Below are positions 1-13,619 of a stretch of DNA of 64,000 nucleotides, piece after piece. The stretch is from NCBI RefSeq assembly GCF_006345805.1, contig NC_043007.1, positions 25,172,001 to 25,236,000 on the forward strand, read 5' to 3'. The number at the start of each line of letters is the position of its first letter. Positions within the stretch are counted from its first letter, which is position 1. Source of the stretch: Octopus sinensis. Its lineage: Eukaryota. A program made the position numbers and the translations under genes. The notes under the pieces are model-generated. The model worked only from the letters and a program-made list of their open reading frames with translations, made no database searches and was not told the origin of the DNA.

Positions 1-298
1 CTTTGTAAGCCCAGTACTTATTCTATCGGTCTCTTTTGCCGAACTGCTAAGTGACGGGGACGTAAACACACCAGCATCGGTTGTCAAGCAATGCTAGGGG
101 AACAAACACAGACACACACACACACATATATATACGACAGGCTTCTTTCAGTTTCCGTCTACCAAATCCACTCATAAGGCTTTGATCGGCCCGGGGCTAT
201 AGCAGAAGACACTTGCCCAAGATGCCACGCAGTGGGACTGAACCCGGAACCATGCGGCTGGTTAGCAAGCTACTTACCACACAGCCACTCCTGCGCCT
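1..298 (-). mobile_element. tRNA-derived SINE family A (cut by window edge)
   Basis: Head AGGCGCAGGAGTGGCTGTGTGGTAAG with A/B-box-like motifs; more than 10 copies in the window. Confidence 0.85.
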
Positions 299-3200
299 TT
301 ATTTACTTTTATCATTTTTTTTATTTGTAATCTTTCTTTCAGATAGATTAAGTACGTATGTTAAGATATCAATGTAATTATGATTTTTTTTTCTGTTATC
401 ATGGACTGCGGCCATGCTGTGGCACCGCCTTACGAGGGTTTTTAGTCGAATGGTCAATCTTACGGTTCTAGTATATTTTACGTCAACTGACCACGTGTAT
501 TTGTTTATATATGATCGTCAATTTCCGTAAAAAACTTTTATTTTTTTACATATGGGGTTGGGGGGAAATGGGATCTTTGGGGTTCCAAAGATCCCAAGAT
601 CGCCAAAAAATTATAAATACTACAGTTGGTACATTCGACGGCGACCCTTCGGTATAAGTACCGTAAGTACCAGAGAAGTGGCTTTGTTTACATTTCTGAA
701 GATAACAGAAACCCTTTTCTCCCCCCCTAACCCTAACCCCCCCATATATATATAAAAAAAACAACACTTTCTTATACCGAAGTTACACCCAACGTTTTTT
801 TGTCTTCCCATTCGGGGGCCATGCATTTTATTGGTTAAAATTCGAAGAATTAAACTACGTTAAACTTACAAATTACAATTTTGTTTTCAATTTTGTTTAC
901 AATAACGTTTTCTTTTGACACATTCTACCAGTATACGAAGTTTCAAATTGTTTAGTTAACTAGAAAATTCCGTCCATCAAAAGGAAAAGATCCACTTCTT
1001 TCTTTCTCTTTCTTTTGATTGTTTTCAACCATCTCCATCACCGTCACCACAACTGCCATACACACACCGCCTTCCCCTCCAACACCATCACGACTGTCTT
1101 TCACATCACTTACTACCACCTCGGCTACCACTACCACCATCATCACCGTCGCCTCCGCCTCTATGACAACTACAGCTCATACAATTACTATCACCCCATT
1201 ACCATCACAACATCGATCTACTACTGTCCTCACCGTTTCTATGTCCACTATTACTCTCGTCCCAACATGAGGTATAGTAGAAGTGTCACTGAATAGTGAG
1301 AGAGTGGGGTCAAAGTGTGACACACTGACACACAATTTTGTTTTGGCATTTATTATATATATATATATATATATCTTTGGTCTGCAAGATCCTCAATGCG
1401 AAATTGTATCCTGAAACATACACACACACATTACTGTATTTTGGGAGAGTACTAGGCTTTGAAAAAATGTCCTGGGGTCGATTTGTTTGACTAAAACCCA
1501 TCAAGGCAGTGCTCCAGCATGGCCACAGAGAAATGACTGAAGCAAGTCAAAGAATAAACCAATACTGTTTGTCAAGCTGTGATGGGAACAAACACAAAGA
1601 AATACAGTTCTTTCAATTTCCATCTACCAAATTTACACAGATGGCATGGGTTAACCAGAGCTATAGGTGAAAACACTTGCTCAAGGAGTTACACAGTGGG
1701 ACTAAACCCAGAACCACGTGGCTGGGAAGCAAGCCTCTTAACCACATATCCATGCCTGTGTCTATTATATATGTATGTGTTTTTCTTTCTTTGTAATTCC
1801 TGGGCAGCACTATCTGTTAGATAGAATGGGTGTGAGTAGGTGTCAAAACTGTAATGATTTCCAACAATGCAGCTGATGATGAGATGTCTATGTCCATTTG
1901 GATTAATTTATTATTGTTATTTTTATGTAGTTGTTTATCTGTTACCTTTTTGTTTCCATGTAAGATATGTTCTCAGTCATATTGTTTTATATCGTTAATT
2001 ATTGTCCTGGTTTTTTAGAATTATCATTGTCATCATCATAACATCTGTCTTCCATGCTACATGAGTTTGACATTTTGACAGGAACTGCTTAACATCCAAT
2101 TATAGAAACTGTACCAAAAACAGGTATTGAAGTACACTGCATTGTGCTCCAATATCTGCTTTGGCATGATTTCCAAAGCTGAATGCCCTTCCTAATGTCA
2201 ACCACTTCATAATGTACTAAATGCTATTTTTCATGGCACCAATACTAGCAAGATGCCACATAGATTGCACAAATAGAATCCCCACCACCATCACCACAGC
2301 TGAGTGGGACTACAGTAGAGAGCGAAAGGTGGTTTTATACTAAGTGTAGTGAGGGTAAAGTATGAAAGAAGAGGCAAGAACAGGTTTCTTGCTATAAAGA
2401 AAGAGATACTTAATCACCTTGCATTACATAACAGTGGGTCGAAATAATGAAGGAGTGGTAAAAATGGTGGTGGCAAGGTGAGCCCTTAAAGTATATCAAA
2501 GAGAAGTGGAAATAGATGATCAGGGAGTATGGGTGTAAAGAGATTACAAGAAAGTATGGGGAGAGTGAGGGATGGTTAGTGACACATATGAGTTGCTGGG
2601 AAGGCAAGGGAGAATAGGTGATGACTGGCAGTACAGATAGTGTTAAGAGCAGCATGAAAGTAATACAGTAGAAAGTGGGAAGATGAGTGAAAGAGAAAGG
2701 TCATGTGAGTGGGGAGATTGAAAGTATATATGGAGAAAGACAGATGTGTAGTGTGAGGGGAGATTGAGAGACATAAGGTTATATGGACAAGTGAACAGGA
2801 GATGGTTCAGAAGAGATAACTGCTAGCAGAAAAGAGTGATCAACATAAAATGTAAGTGGAGAGGGGCAATTTTAAAAATGAAAGATAGATCTCAAGTGAA
2901 GTAGTTTTTGATCAAGTCTGTTGTACAGTGGACCTAAATATAAGTACCACAATGACATATAGTTCACGTGCTGTAAATAGGTAGGCAATTACAGTCCATT
3001 TAGCTGTATGTTCCACATCAAGCTCCATGTAGTTCTACTGTGTAGACATAAAGTTTAAATAGCTTGGAGTTTTTAGATTTTAATGCTGAATAGCTTATAA
3101 TCCAGCATTTTGCAAACTTTGCATGTGTACGCAATGAAAACAATGCTAAGGTTAACTACAGCTGCTTATATAATACTGCATGCTAAATATCCAGTCAAAA

Positions 3201-4639
3201 CCAAAATCATGAAAATTGAAACACATCCACCCTGATGCAGTTCCAGCAACACCAAATCCTGTCTACTTAATGATAAGTGCCTATTAAAGACGCTTATGAT
3301 AACAACAAAGATAGCAATTGCAGATACAACCAAGATGAGCTGCATAGAATTAATGGGAAATACATTTAAAGTCAGATACATTCAGCACACTCACTCTTTC
3401 AGAATCAGAGATAGAATCAACTCCACAATGTCTACATGACTGTCTCTGGGACCTGAAGACATATGAAATTAACAACATCCTTATAAACTGGACTATCATC
3501 AAAACTGCAATCTACATCTTACAGAGAAGTGTAACATCTTGACTCAAAGTTTCAACATACTGAATAAAATGTCCAAAATAATATCTACTTGCAAACCTAT
3601 GCATTTCTCTTGCAAAAGTTTGAGTGCAGGCCATATATACCACCACCACCACAACCTTCACAGCTCATTGGCTAAAGATACACATTATCCAATTGTAAAT
3701 CTTCCTCATACTGCACCACACTTACCACTTGTCCTCCACCACACACAGTAGTATCTTCCATTTCTGTGCAAGTGACAAGTAGCCAGACCGTTTCTAGAGA
3801 CCCTTCCCTTTGTCTTCACCTATCAGCAGTGCATCATATCAGCTGGCTTAAGTTGACCAATGAGAATTGAACAGTTTGAATAATTTGATTTTCATTCTGC
3901 CCTTACTTGATGAATCCTCAACTAAGTTCATCAGTTCATCTTTTTGTCTTCCCAAAGAAAGGTTTATACATGGTAAGATACTCTGAGTAGCAGCAAAGTG
4001 AATCCCCTGCTTCAAGCAAATAGCTGAAAACTAATACATGTATTGAGTACTTTTCTTCATTGTCCTATTTGTATTTTTCAGACAAATACCTTATTTAATG
4101 GCATAAAAGACATAGGAGCATTCCATCGGTTACGACAACAAGGGTCCCAGCTGATCTGATCAACAGAACAGCCTGCTCGTGAAATTAACGTGCAAGTGAC
4201 TGAGCAATCCACAGGCACGCGTACCCCTAACGTAGTTCTCAGGGGAGATTCAGTGTGACACAGAGTGTGACAAGGCCGGCCATACAGGTACAACTCATTT
4301 TTGCCAGCTGAGTGGACTGGAGCAATGGGGAATAAAGTGTCTTGCTCAAGGACACAATGTGTCGCCAGGAATCGAACTCATGACCTTACAATCGTGAGCC
4401 AAATGCCCCTAACCACTAAGCCATGCACCTTCACTATAAAAGACATATAGGTATATTAAATGCGCCCAAACAGAAATATTTCTTTGCAGTCTCAATGTTT
4501 CCGAGGTTAGTATTTTACCATTACTGGTTTTTGGTTTAAATTATGCTTTCATTTATATCCCTTCCTCTGTGGTCTGCAGTTGATTATTAATAGGTGTTTG
4601 AGAATATTTAGTCATAATGTATCAGCTGGTACTGGTGGA

Positions 4640-5022
4640 TGGAAGCACTCCGTCGGTTACGACGACGAGGGTTCCGGTTGATCCGATCAACGGAACAGCC
4701 TGCTCGTGAAATTAACGTGTAAGTAGCTGAGCACTCCACAGACACGTGTACCCTTAACGTAGTTCTCGGGGATATTCAACGTGACACAGAGTGTGACAAG
4801 AACGGCCCTTTGAAATACAGGTACAACAGAAACAGGAAGTAAGAGTGAGAGAAAGTTGTGGTGAAAGAGTACAGCAGGGATCACCACCATCCCCTGCTGG
4901 AGCCTCGTGGAGCTTTAGGTGTTTTCGCTCAATAAACACTCACAACGCCTGGTCTGGGATATCGAAACCGCGATCCTACGACCGCGAGTCTGCTGCCCTA
5001 ACCACTGGGCCATTGCGCCTCC
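4640..5022 (-). mobile_element. tRNA-derived SINE family B
   Basis: Head GGAGGCGCAATGGCCCAGTGGTTAGGGCAG. Near-identical copy at 7243-7626; related bodies at 4117-4432 and 16780-17082. Confidence 0.85.
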
Positions 5023-5241
5023 ATGCTGGTACTGGTACTGGTGAATGCCACTGGCCCATTGTTATGGTAATTCTTTTTACAGTGCAAGTAGTAATAAGGT
5101 TTAAATAAATACCATTATTATTATCATGGCGTGTCTTGTGTCACACACTGTAACATTTATAGTGAACTGTCCTTCTTGTACTTACTATGTGATGGCACTC
5201 ATTCCATGTCACCTATAATTTATGTTAATTACTCATTATGT

Positions 5242-5585
5242 GAAGGCGCATGGCTCAGTGGTTAGAGCATCGAGCTTATGATCGTGAGGTTGTGAGCTCG
5301 AATCCCGGACCGGGCTGCGTGTTGTGTTCTTGAGCAAGGCACTTTATTTCACGTTGCTCCAGTTCACTCAGCTGTAGAAATGAGTTGCGACGTCACTGGT
5401 GCCAAGCTGTATCGACCTTTGTCTTTCCCTTGGATAACACTGATGGCGTGGAGAGGGGGAGGCTGGTATGCATGGGCGACTGCTGGCCTTCCATAAACAA
5501 CCTTGCCCGGACTTGTGTCTAGGAGGGTAACTTTCTAGGTGCAATCTTATGGTCAGTGTCGTGACCGAAGGGGGTCTTTACCCCT
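5242..5585 (+). mobile_element. tRNA-derived SINE family C
   Basis: 13-bp TSD TTACTCATTATGT (5229-5241 / 5586-5598). Confidence 0.88.
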
Positions 5586-5629
5586 TTACTCATTATGTAA
5601 TATTGTATATGTCATGTTTTTATTATGTA

Positions 5630-6003
5630 CTAGCAGTATCGCCCGGCGTTGCTCAGGTTTGTAAGGGAAATAACTATAAAGCATTTTTAGAGAGTTATAG
5701 CCAAAAAATGGAAAAAAATGATGGTAAATTTTTTTTGAGAGTAAAAAAAGGTGGAGTTGCGTCCCCTAGACAGTTTGCAGTTTGTGTTTCTGATTCTCGA
5801 CCCCATGTCGAATTTATCGATTTTTTTCAGAACTTGGGGGAACTTTTCAAAATTTTCGCTGCGTTAGTTTTGAATTATGACATTGGGCTATGTGTGTGTC
5901 AAATTTCATCAGAATCGGTTGAAAGCCGTGGTCAGGGTGAGGGTACAAGCAAACAGACACACAGAAATACGCACAGACAAACTGCCGTTTATATAGAGAG
6001 AGA
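5630..6003 (-). mobile_element. Non-autonomous Helitron
   Basis: 5' TCTCTCTATATA, 3' GC-rich subterminal segment then CTAG, inserted between A and T. Confidence 0.8.
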
Positions 6004-6189
6004 TAAATTGCATATATGTGTATGCGCATGTTTGCTATGCTTTTGAATGTGGCTGGGAGTGAGATCTGAGTTTTTTTCTGTTTTGTTTACATTTTCATAC
6101 ACACACACACACATACACACACACATACACACACACAATCAGATACAAATAATTTACTAGTTATTACATATAGAAAACAACACAGCTCC

Positions 6190-6377
6190 CATGACTTTCG
6201 GAAACATTTTTTTCACGCTCAGAGTTGCTGAAGCATGGAATAAACTGCCTGCATCAGTTGTTGACTGCCATGACACTGCATCCTTTAAGGCCCTCATGCT
6301 TTCCGAAATCCGCCGAAACTACACCTGATTATATATACACTTTAGATGAGTTGTAGTGCACCTGAGCACTGTACACA

Positions 6378-6408
<31 letters not shown>

Positions 6409-6420
6409 TATTATTATTAT
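6190..6420 (+). mobile_element. 5'-truncated CR1 LINE 3' end
   Basis: Encodes FFTLRVAEAWNKLPASVV...*; (ATT)n tail. Confidence 0.8.
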
Positions 6421-6612
6421 TATTATTTATTATATTTGTTATTGTTGTGCTTTTGTTCCGTCAAGTGGTTGTCATTTTTTTTTCATTATCCTTTCATGCA
6501 CGTCCATAATTAGCACAAGATTGGCTGTTTTTTGAGAAGTTTGCTTCCAAACCACATGGTTCTAGGTTCAGTCCCACTATGTGGCACCATGGGCAAGTGT
6601 CTTCTACTATAG

Positions 6613-6946
6613 GACCCCCTTCGGTCATGAATGACCATGGGATTGCACCTAGAAAGTTACCCTCCGAGGAACAAGTCCAGGCAAGGTTGTTTATGGAAGG
6701 CCAGCAGTCGCCCACGCATACCAGCCTCCCCTCTCCACACCACTGATGTTATCCAAGGAAAAGGCAAAGGGGCTGATACAGCTTGGCACCAATGATGTCG
6801 CAACTTCTTTCTACAGCTGAGTTAACTGGAGCAACGTGAAATAAAGTGTCTTGCTCAAGAACACAACACGCAGCCCGGTCCAGGAATCGAACTCACAACC
6901 TCCCAAACGTAAGCTCGACGCTCTAACCACTGAGCCATGCGTCTTC
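6613..6946 (-). mobile_element. SINE family C nested in an old family-A copy
   Basis: 7-bp TSD ACTATAG; family-A sequence on both sides. Confidence 0.85.
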
Positions 6947-7242
6947 ACTATAGTCCCATACAAACAACAAGCCTTATGACTGGATTTCGTGGAAGGAAAC
7001 TGAAAGAAGCCCATCAAAAAAATGTGTGTGTGTGTGTTTATGTGTGTTTTGCTAAGTGAAATTAAGTGTCTTGCTCAAGAACACAATGCATAGCCCAGTC
7101 TGGGAATTAAACTCACTACCTCATGATTGTGAGCCGTGAGTTTAGAATATCATCATCCAGTCTACTTTTTTCAGTATGGTGGTGTGATTACTACTGTACT
7201 TAACAGTATTATGGGTTATGATATTTAATATTGGATTGAGAT

Positions 7243-7626
7243 TGGAAGCACTCCATCGGTTACGACGATGAGGGTTCCGGTTGATCCGAATCAACGGAAC
7301 AGCCTGCTCGTGAAATTAACGTGTAAGTGGCTGAGCACTCCACAGACACGTGTACCCTTAACGTAGTTCTCGGGGATATTCAGCGTGACACAAGAGAGTG
7401 ACAAGGCCGGCCCCTTGAAATACAGGTACAACAGAAACAGGAAGTAAGAGTGAGAGAAAGTTGTGGTGAAAGAGTACAGCAGGGATCACCACCATCCCCT
7501 GCTGGAGCCTCGTGGAGCTTTAGGTGTTTTCGCTCAATAAACACTCACAACGCCCGGTCTAGGAATCGAAACAGCGATCCTATGACCGCGAGTCCGCTGC
7601 CCTAACCACTGGGCCATTGCGCCTCC
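7243..7626 (-). mobile_element. SINE family B
   Basis: Direct homologue of 4640-5022. Confidence 0.85.
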
Positions 7627-7839
7627 GATATTTAATATAATTATATAATGTAAAACATCCGTTGTCAAAATTAATAAAAGATGTTCTAAATAAGGAACTC
7701 CTTGATGTAAAATAGACAATAGAAAATTAGAAACTCTGTACATTGGACCTGTGATGTAATATGCTTAACAGTTGCCTTCAGTTTCACAAGCTATTTTACT
7801 TATTTTTCAGTGATATAAATAAGTAGATACATAGAGAAA

Positions 7840-7876
7840 GATAAATAGACAGATAGTGATAGAAGTTGATAAACAG

Positions 7877-7921
<45 letters not shown>

Positions 7922-8420
7922 TAGATAGATAGATATGTTTCTTTATTAGCCACACACGGCTGAACACAGAGGGAACAAATTACAAAGTAGAGCTTTTCTT
8001 TTTGGGGAGAAAAAAAAGGTGGGGGTAGGTTTTCGATCAAAAGGGATCGTAAAAAAAAAGATAGATAGATAGATAGATAGAGAGAAATAGATAGACAGAC
8101 GAATAAATAGATAGATAGATAATTAGATAATGATAGAAGTAAATAGATAGGATAGATAGAGAGAGAGAGAGAAATAGACAGACAGATGAATAGATAGATA
8201 ATTAGATAATGGTAGAAGTAAATAGATAGATAGATAGATAGATAGACAGACAGATAGATAAATAGATATAGATAGGTAGATAAATAGATATAGATAGGTA
8301 GAAGTAGATAAACAGATAGATAGAAAATGTTGGAGGTAGCTAGGTAGATAAAAAGATAGGTAAAGCCAAATAGATAGATAAGATGACAGAAATAGATAAA
8401 CAGATAGATAGATAACTAGA
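7840..8420. repeat. (GATA)n-based compound microsatellite
   Basis: Directly visible in the sequence. Confidence 0.9.
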
Positions 8421-9228
8421 GTCAGATAAGTTGGTGAGAATCACTGATTCTGTAATTATTAATCTGTCATGGATTATAATACCATGAAAATCTAAGTAAA
8501 TCTGATTGTAAGATTATCCCAATCGAGGAAATGAGCAACCAGAACACATTGACTTCATCAAGGCTTCTCTAGAAGCTAACAACGCCTTTGTCACTAGAAT
8601 ACACAGAAGTGTGTATGTATACAATGGTTCAAAATTACTCGTAATCCAATTAAAATATATAGATAATGAGGGGCAAAAAATAACCAATTGATTACCTGTG
8701 TATCTGAGATTAGTTATGACTAAACACAATTTAAATTCTTCAGACCACCATCATGTAATAATGATGATGGTGATGATGATGATGATGATTTCAGTCCAAG
8801 GCCAACATTTTTGGTGGAGATAGGTATGTAGTCGATCATGTATAAGTCCTTGTGTGTATCTGGTATTTATTTATATGTTCAACCCTCAGAAAGATCAAAG
8901 TCAATTTGATATCAGTGATATTTGAACTTGGACCATTCTTTTACTCTTTCACTTGTTTCAGTCATTTGACTGTGGCCATGCTGGAGCACCGCCTGGCTCA
9001 GAACTACTGGTCTGGACTGATGAGATGGTCAAGGCAAGTCATCTAAATATAATTATGAAGGACCAGAACTAAAATGCCTGTATTGTGATAGACATTTTGA
9101 ATATCTTCTAAACAAAATATTACCTGGAAAGAAGTCAAAAAACTGTCATGGTATGAGTATGTTGAAATCGAAATAAGGTGGATATATGGAAGTTGAAAAA
9201 CTGTATCAATAACAGCTGGAGCTATAAT

Positions 9229-9449
9229 ACTCTTTACTCTTTTACTTGTTTCAGTCATTTGACTGTGGCCATGCTGGAGCACCGCCTTTAGTCGAGCAAA
9301 TCGGCCCCGGGACTTATTCTTTGTAAGCCTAGTACTTATTCTATCGGTCTCTTTTGCCGAACTGCTAAGTGACAGGGACGTAAACACACCAGCATCGGTT
9401 GTCAAGCAATGCTAGGAGGACAAACACAGACACACAAACATATACACAC

Positions 9450-9484
<35 letters not shown>

Positions 9485-9654
9485 TATATACGACAGACTT
9501 CTTTCAGTTTCCGTCTACCAAATCCACTCACAAGGCATTGGTCGGCCCGAGGCTATAGCAGAAGTCACTTGCCCAAGATGCCACGCAGTGGGACTGAACC
9601 CGGTACCATGTGGTTGGTAAGCAAGCTACTTACCACACAGCCACTCCTGCGCCT
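9229..9654 (-). mobile_element. SINE family A, full length
   Basis: Head, central (TA)n/(TG)n and (GTAAAAGA)n tail. Confidence 0.88.
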
Positions 9655-9662
9655 ATAATAAT

Positions 9663-9700
<38 letters not shown>

Positions 9701-9789
9701 TAACAATTATTTCTTTATTAACCACAAGGGTTTACATGAAGAAAAACATGGACAGCACAGGACAAAATAAAAAATGTGTGTGTGTGTGT

Positions 9790-10140
9790 GTGTAGTTGTG
9801 AGGGTTTAGCATGTAAGCAAGACTAATAAAATTTTTTAAAAAAAGGGAGATCAACAATGTGTAACCCTCAATAGGGAGGAGACTCTCAAGGGCTGCTTGT
9901 GGAAAAACCCCATAAAAACCATTGGTGCCCTGACTTTTGGGGCAAGTGCCTTTTTTCATTTTCTTTCCTTTTTCCAACTACAGGCATATGCTGAGGACAG
10001 GCCCGTTCACTCACACCATTCTGACAACTTTCATCCACCTTTCAGCTAACTGACTATAAGACAACACTTTCCTCTCTGCTCTTATTTTCCTTTTCAAGTG
10101 AAACTTGAAGAAGTTCATCAGGGATTGGTCAATAATAACA
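9790..10140 (-). mobile_element. 3' fragment of a related Tx1/L1-like LINE
   Basis: Encodes FHLKRKIRAERKVLSYSQLAERWMKVVRMV. Confidence 0.6.
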
Positions 10141-11083
10141 AAACATTTAGGCTCAAAGCCAGACATTTGAAGTAAGGTCAGTTGATTAAATCATCTCTAG
10201 TGTTCAGATTATTCAATCAAACATAATGTCCATTTGATTCCCATTGATTTGAATTAATCATGCATTATCTCATATCTTCAAGATCTTGATGGTGTAATTA
10301 CTTAATGTAGAATAACATTGTAGGGTAGGTGTGAGAGCCTGGATCTGGTCAGTTTGAACAAAAAACAAATTAACTATTTTAGCTGGATATGGCCGGTTTA
10401 AATACTAAAGGGTTAAATCATCTCTAGTGTCTGATTCATACTTGATGAACTGAGAGAGGTTGAAAAGCAAAGTCAACCTCAGTGTAGTTTAAACAACATT
10501 AATAATAATAATAATAATAATTTTATTTCTTTATTGCCCACAAGGGGTTAAACATAGAGGGGACAAACAAAGACAGACAAAGGGATTAATTCGATTACAT
10601 CAATCCCAGTGCGTAATAATAATAATAATGATGATGATGACAAGAAGAACTTTTATTTGCCACAAGGGCAGTGGGGACAGAGGTACATTACACAGATTTC
10701 AAAAAGTCTGACGAAAAGAAAATTGAATGAAATTTGCATAGCATAAAATTTGAATCCATTATTTTTTAATTTCATTTCCATGTATTTGAAAATGATTTCA
10801 TTTTATTTTCTGAGGTGCTGTAATCAGAGTTAACCTCATTCTTATTAGCCACCTTTTAGTATACAAAAATTTAATAAAAATAATAATAATAATGTCCAAA
10901 AGGCAGACTTTCCTGTGTGTTGCAACAACAACAATAATAATGGTTTCAAATTTTGGCACAGGCTTTGATATGGAATAAAAAATAACTGAAATAAATGCAT
11001 TCTAGTGTGAGGATTGTCTGACAATGATGGACTACTCAGCTAGTATGTATGTGTGTGTGTATATACATGTATGTATATATATC

Positions 11084-11512
11084 ATCATCATCATCGTTTA
11101 ACGTCTGCTTTCCATGCTAGCATGGGCTGGACGAATGACTGAGGGCTGGCAAACCAAGTAGCTGCACCAGGCTTCAATCTTGATCTGGCAGGGTTTCTAC
11201 AGCTGGATGCACTTCCTAATGCCAACCACTCCGAGAGTGTAGTGGGTGCTTTTACGTGCCACTGGCATGGGGCCAGTCAGGTGGTACTGGCAATGACCTT
11301 GCTCGAATCTTTTACACATGCCACCGGCACAGGTGCCAGTAAGGCGATGCTGGCATCAATCAATCTCGGAAGGTGCTCTTTAAGGCGACGCTGGTAATGA
11401 TCATGCTCGAATGGTGCCTTTTAAGTGCCACTGGCACGGAAGCCGGTTAGCCGCTCTGTCAATGATCACACTCGTATGGTGCTCTTTGCGCCACGCTATA
11501 ACGGACGCCAGT
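11084..11512 (-). mobile_element. Repeat family D ((GAT)n-tailed, RTE-type 3' end, internal tandem units)
   Basis: Shared end TCCAACCCATGCTAGCATGGAAAGCGGACGTTAAACGATGATG. Other copies at 20559-20880, 24635-24900, 39690-40065, 46387-46660 and 51612-51895. Confidence 0.75.
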
Positions 11513-11530
11513 CATCGAATTTGATTATAC

Positions 11531-11572
<42 letters not shown>

Positions 11573-12260
11573 ATATGTATATATGTATATGTATACGTGC
11601 ACACATATATCTACAAATATGTGTGTCTTTGTAATTTCATTCGTTCATCTGTGTATGTATACACACATGTACGTATATATATGTATATATATATATATGT
11701 GTGTGTGTGTGTATAATAGATTCAATTTATTTATAGTTGATTTTTTTTTTTGTAATATAAATAAATAAAAGTGAGCAAAACATGGTTGTATTAATGAAAG
11801 CATAGAGCATAATGTATGTATATTTGGTAACCATGATTACAAACCTATATCTGAAGGTTTCATGATACCTAAATATAGCTTGCAGAGAAGATATTGTCGT
11901 TAGGGTGACAACTTTACACAAGTTCTCAGCAAGCATCTGTTGTCACTATGTTGCTGTCTACAGCAGAACTGTATGTCTTGGAGAGCAAGTAAGGGGTTTA
12001 TTGATTTAAAGGCAAGCAAAGCAGGTCTCAGGAAATAGGTATATAGGCATACATGCACGCATACATACATAAATACACACATACATCATACATACATACA
12101 TATATGAGTGGCTGTGTGGTAAAAAGTTTGTTTCGCAACCACATGTTTCCAAGTTCAGTCCCACTATGTGACACCTTGGCTAAGTGTCTTCTACTACGGC
12201 CTAAGGCTGACTCAAAAGCCTTGTGAGTGGATTTGGTAGACAGAAACTGGAAAAAAGCTG

Positions 12261-12305
<45 letters not shown>

Positions 12306-12330
12306 ATATATTTATGTGTGTCTGTGTATA

Positions 12331-12725
12331 TCTCTCTATATATAAAGCTGAAGTTGTCTGCGTATGGTATGTTTGGTAGCTTTCAACTAACACTATCTCC
12401 TCCGAGACCCTGCAGTATAGGTTGACCAAAAGTTGAGTGCATGATAGAAGAAGGATTGCTTTTTCTTCCGTAGAAGAAAAAATTGAAATCGGACCATGTT
12501 AACACCAAAAATTATTTACATCAAAAAGGTGCTTTTTTTCTATGAAAATCCCTATTTTTTTTACGATTTTTCGACTGCTGTGTCGCCATTTTTCGGTGTA
12601 TTTCAACCAGAAAAATGTTCACCTAAAGACAATAACAAGCTACATAATGCAAAATTTTTACTTTTCAAAAATTCCAATTCTAAAGGGTTGAAACAAACCC
12701 GGGCAACGCCTGGCGATACTGTTAG
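12331..12725 (+). mobile_element. Non-autonomous Helitron (same family as 49255-49637)
   Basis: 5' TCTCTCTATATATAAAGCTGAAG; 3' GGGCAACGCCTGGCGATACTGTTAG|T. Confidence 0.75.
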
Positions 12726-12819
12726 TATATATATATATATATATAATATATATATATATAGAAATATTAAAATTACTAAGTCTCTCTAAAAGAGATTACG
12801 GCAGCGTTCCTGGAAATTA

Positions 12820-12938
12820 ATAGTTATCGCCATACTAATATGGGATTCTTATAAAAATAAGAAAAAAGCTAATGGAGCTAATCAGCGGACAGCTTTTTCC
12901 TTATTTTTATAAGAATGCCATATTAGTATGGCGATAAC

Positions 12939-12941
<3 letters not shown>
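12820..12941. mobile_element. Short foldback/MITE (51-bp arms, 20-nt spacer)
   Basis: Arms 12820-12870 and 12891-12941, 2 mismatches, TA-rich flanks. Confidence 0.7.
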
Positions 12942-12970
<29 letters not shown>

Positions 12971-13177
12971 ATAAATTAATATAAACAACCAGGTGTAATG
13001 TTATACTATAAAGGAAATATTCAATCATCACTAAGTGTGACTAAAGATACCGAAGCACCTGCATTGCTTGAAATAAGAGTTAAAATACTCTAAATGCTGT
13101 AGGAGGAGCGCAAAATGTATACGCACATGCTGACAAGGGAGGCAACTGCCCCATGACCGACATATATGTATATGTAT

Positions 13178-13544
13178 TACTTTTTTACTCTTATTTGTTT
13201 TAGTCTTTTTGACTGTTGTCATGCTGGAGCACAGCCTTTAGTTGAACAAATCAATCCCAGGACTTATTCTTTGTAAGCCTAATACTTATTCCATCGTCCT
13301 CTTTTGCCGAACCACCAGCATCAGTTGTCAAGCGATGCTGGGGAGACAAACACACATACACACACACACACATATATATATATATGATGGGCTTCTTTCA
13401 GTTTCCATCTACCAAATCCACTCACAAAGCTTTGGTTGGCCCAAGACTATAGCAGATGACACTTGCCCAAGGTGCCACGAAGTGGGACTGAACCCGGAAC
13501 CATGTGGTTCGTAAGCAAGCTACTTACCACACAGCCACTCCTAC
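13178..13544 (-). mobile_element. SINE family A
   Basis: Homologous to the other family-A copies. Confidence 0.82.
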
Positions 13545-13619
13545 AAAACCTTAGGTAACTCTGTGTCCAAAATTCAAATTTTTGTTGTAATAATTACTGT
13601 TCTATTCTTTAGAGTGTGC

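Noticed and set aside
725-742. Interstitial telomere
   Set aside because: Only about two CCCTAA units, inside an inverted-repeat element.
3726-4030. Possible minus-strand exons with GTAAG donors
   Set aside because: The peptides resemble neither PLC-beta exon 2/3 nor any recognisable family; such motifs are expected by chance.
5242-5320. tRNA-like heads here and in SINE families A, B, E and F as tRNA genes
   Set aside because: No complete cloverleaf or terminator; each continues into a multi-copy body with a tail and TSD.
8514-12000. Short open frames with splice-like ends (8514-8610, 9120-9220, 11886-11988)
   Set aside because: No recognisable homology, and none encodes the expected PLC PH-domain sequence.
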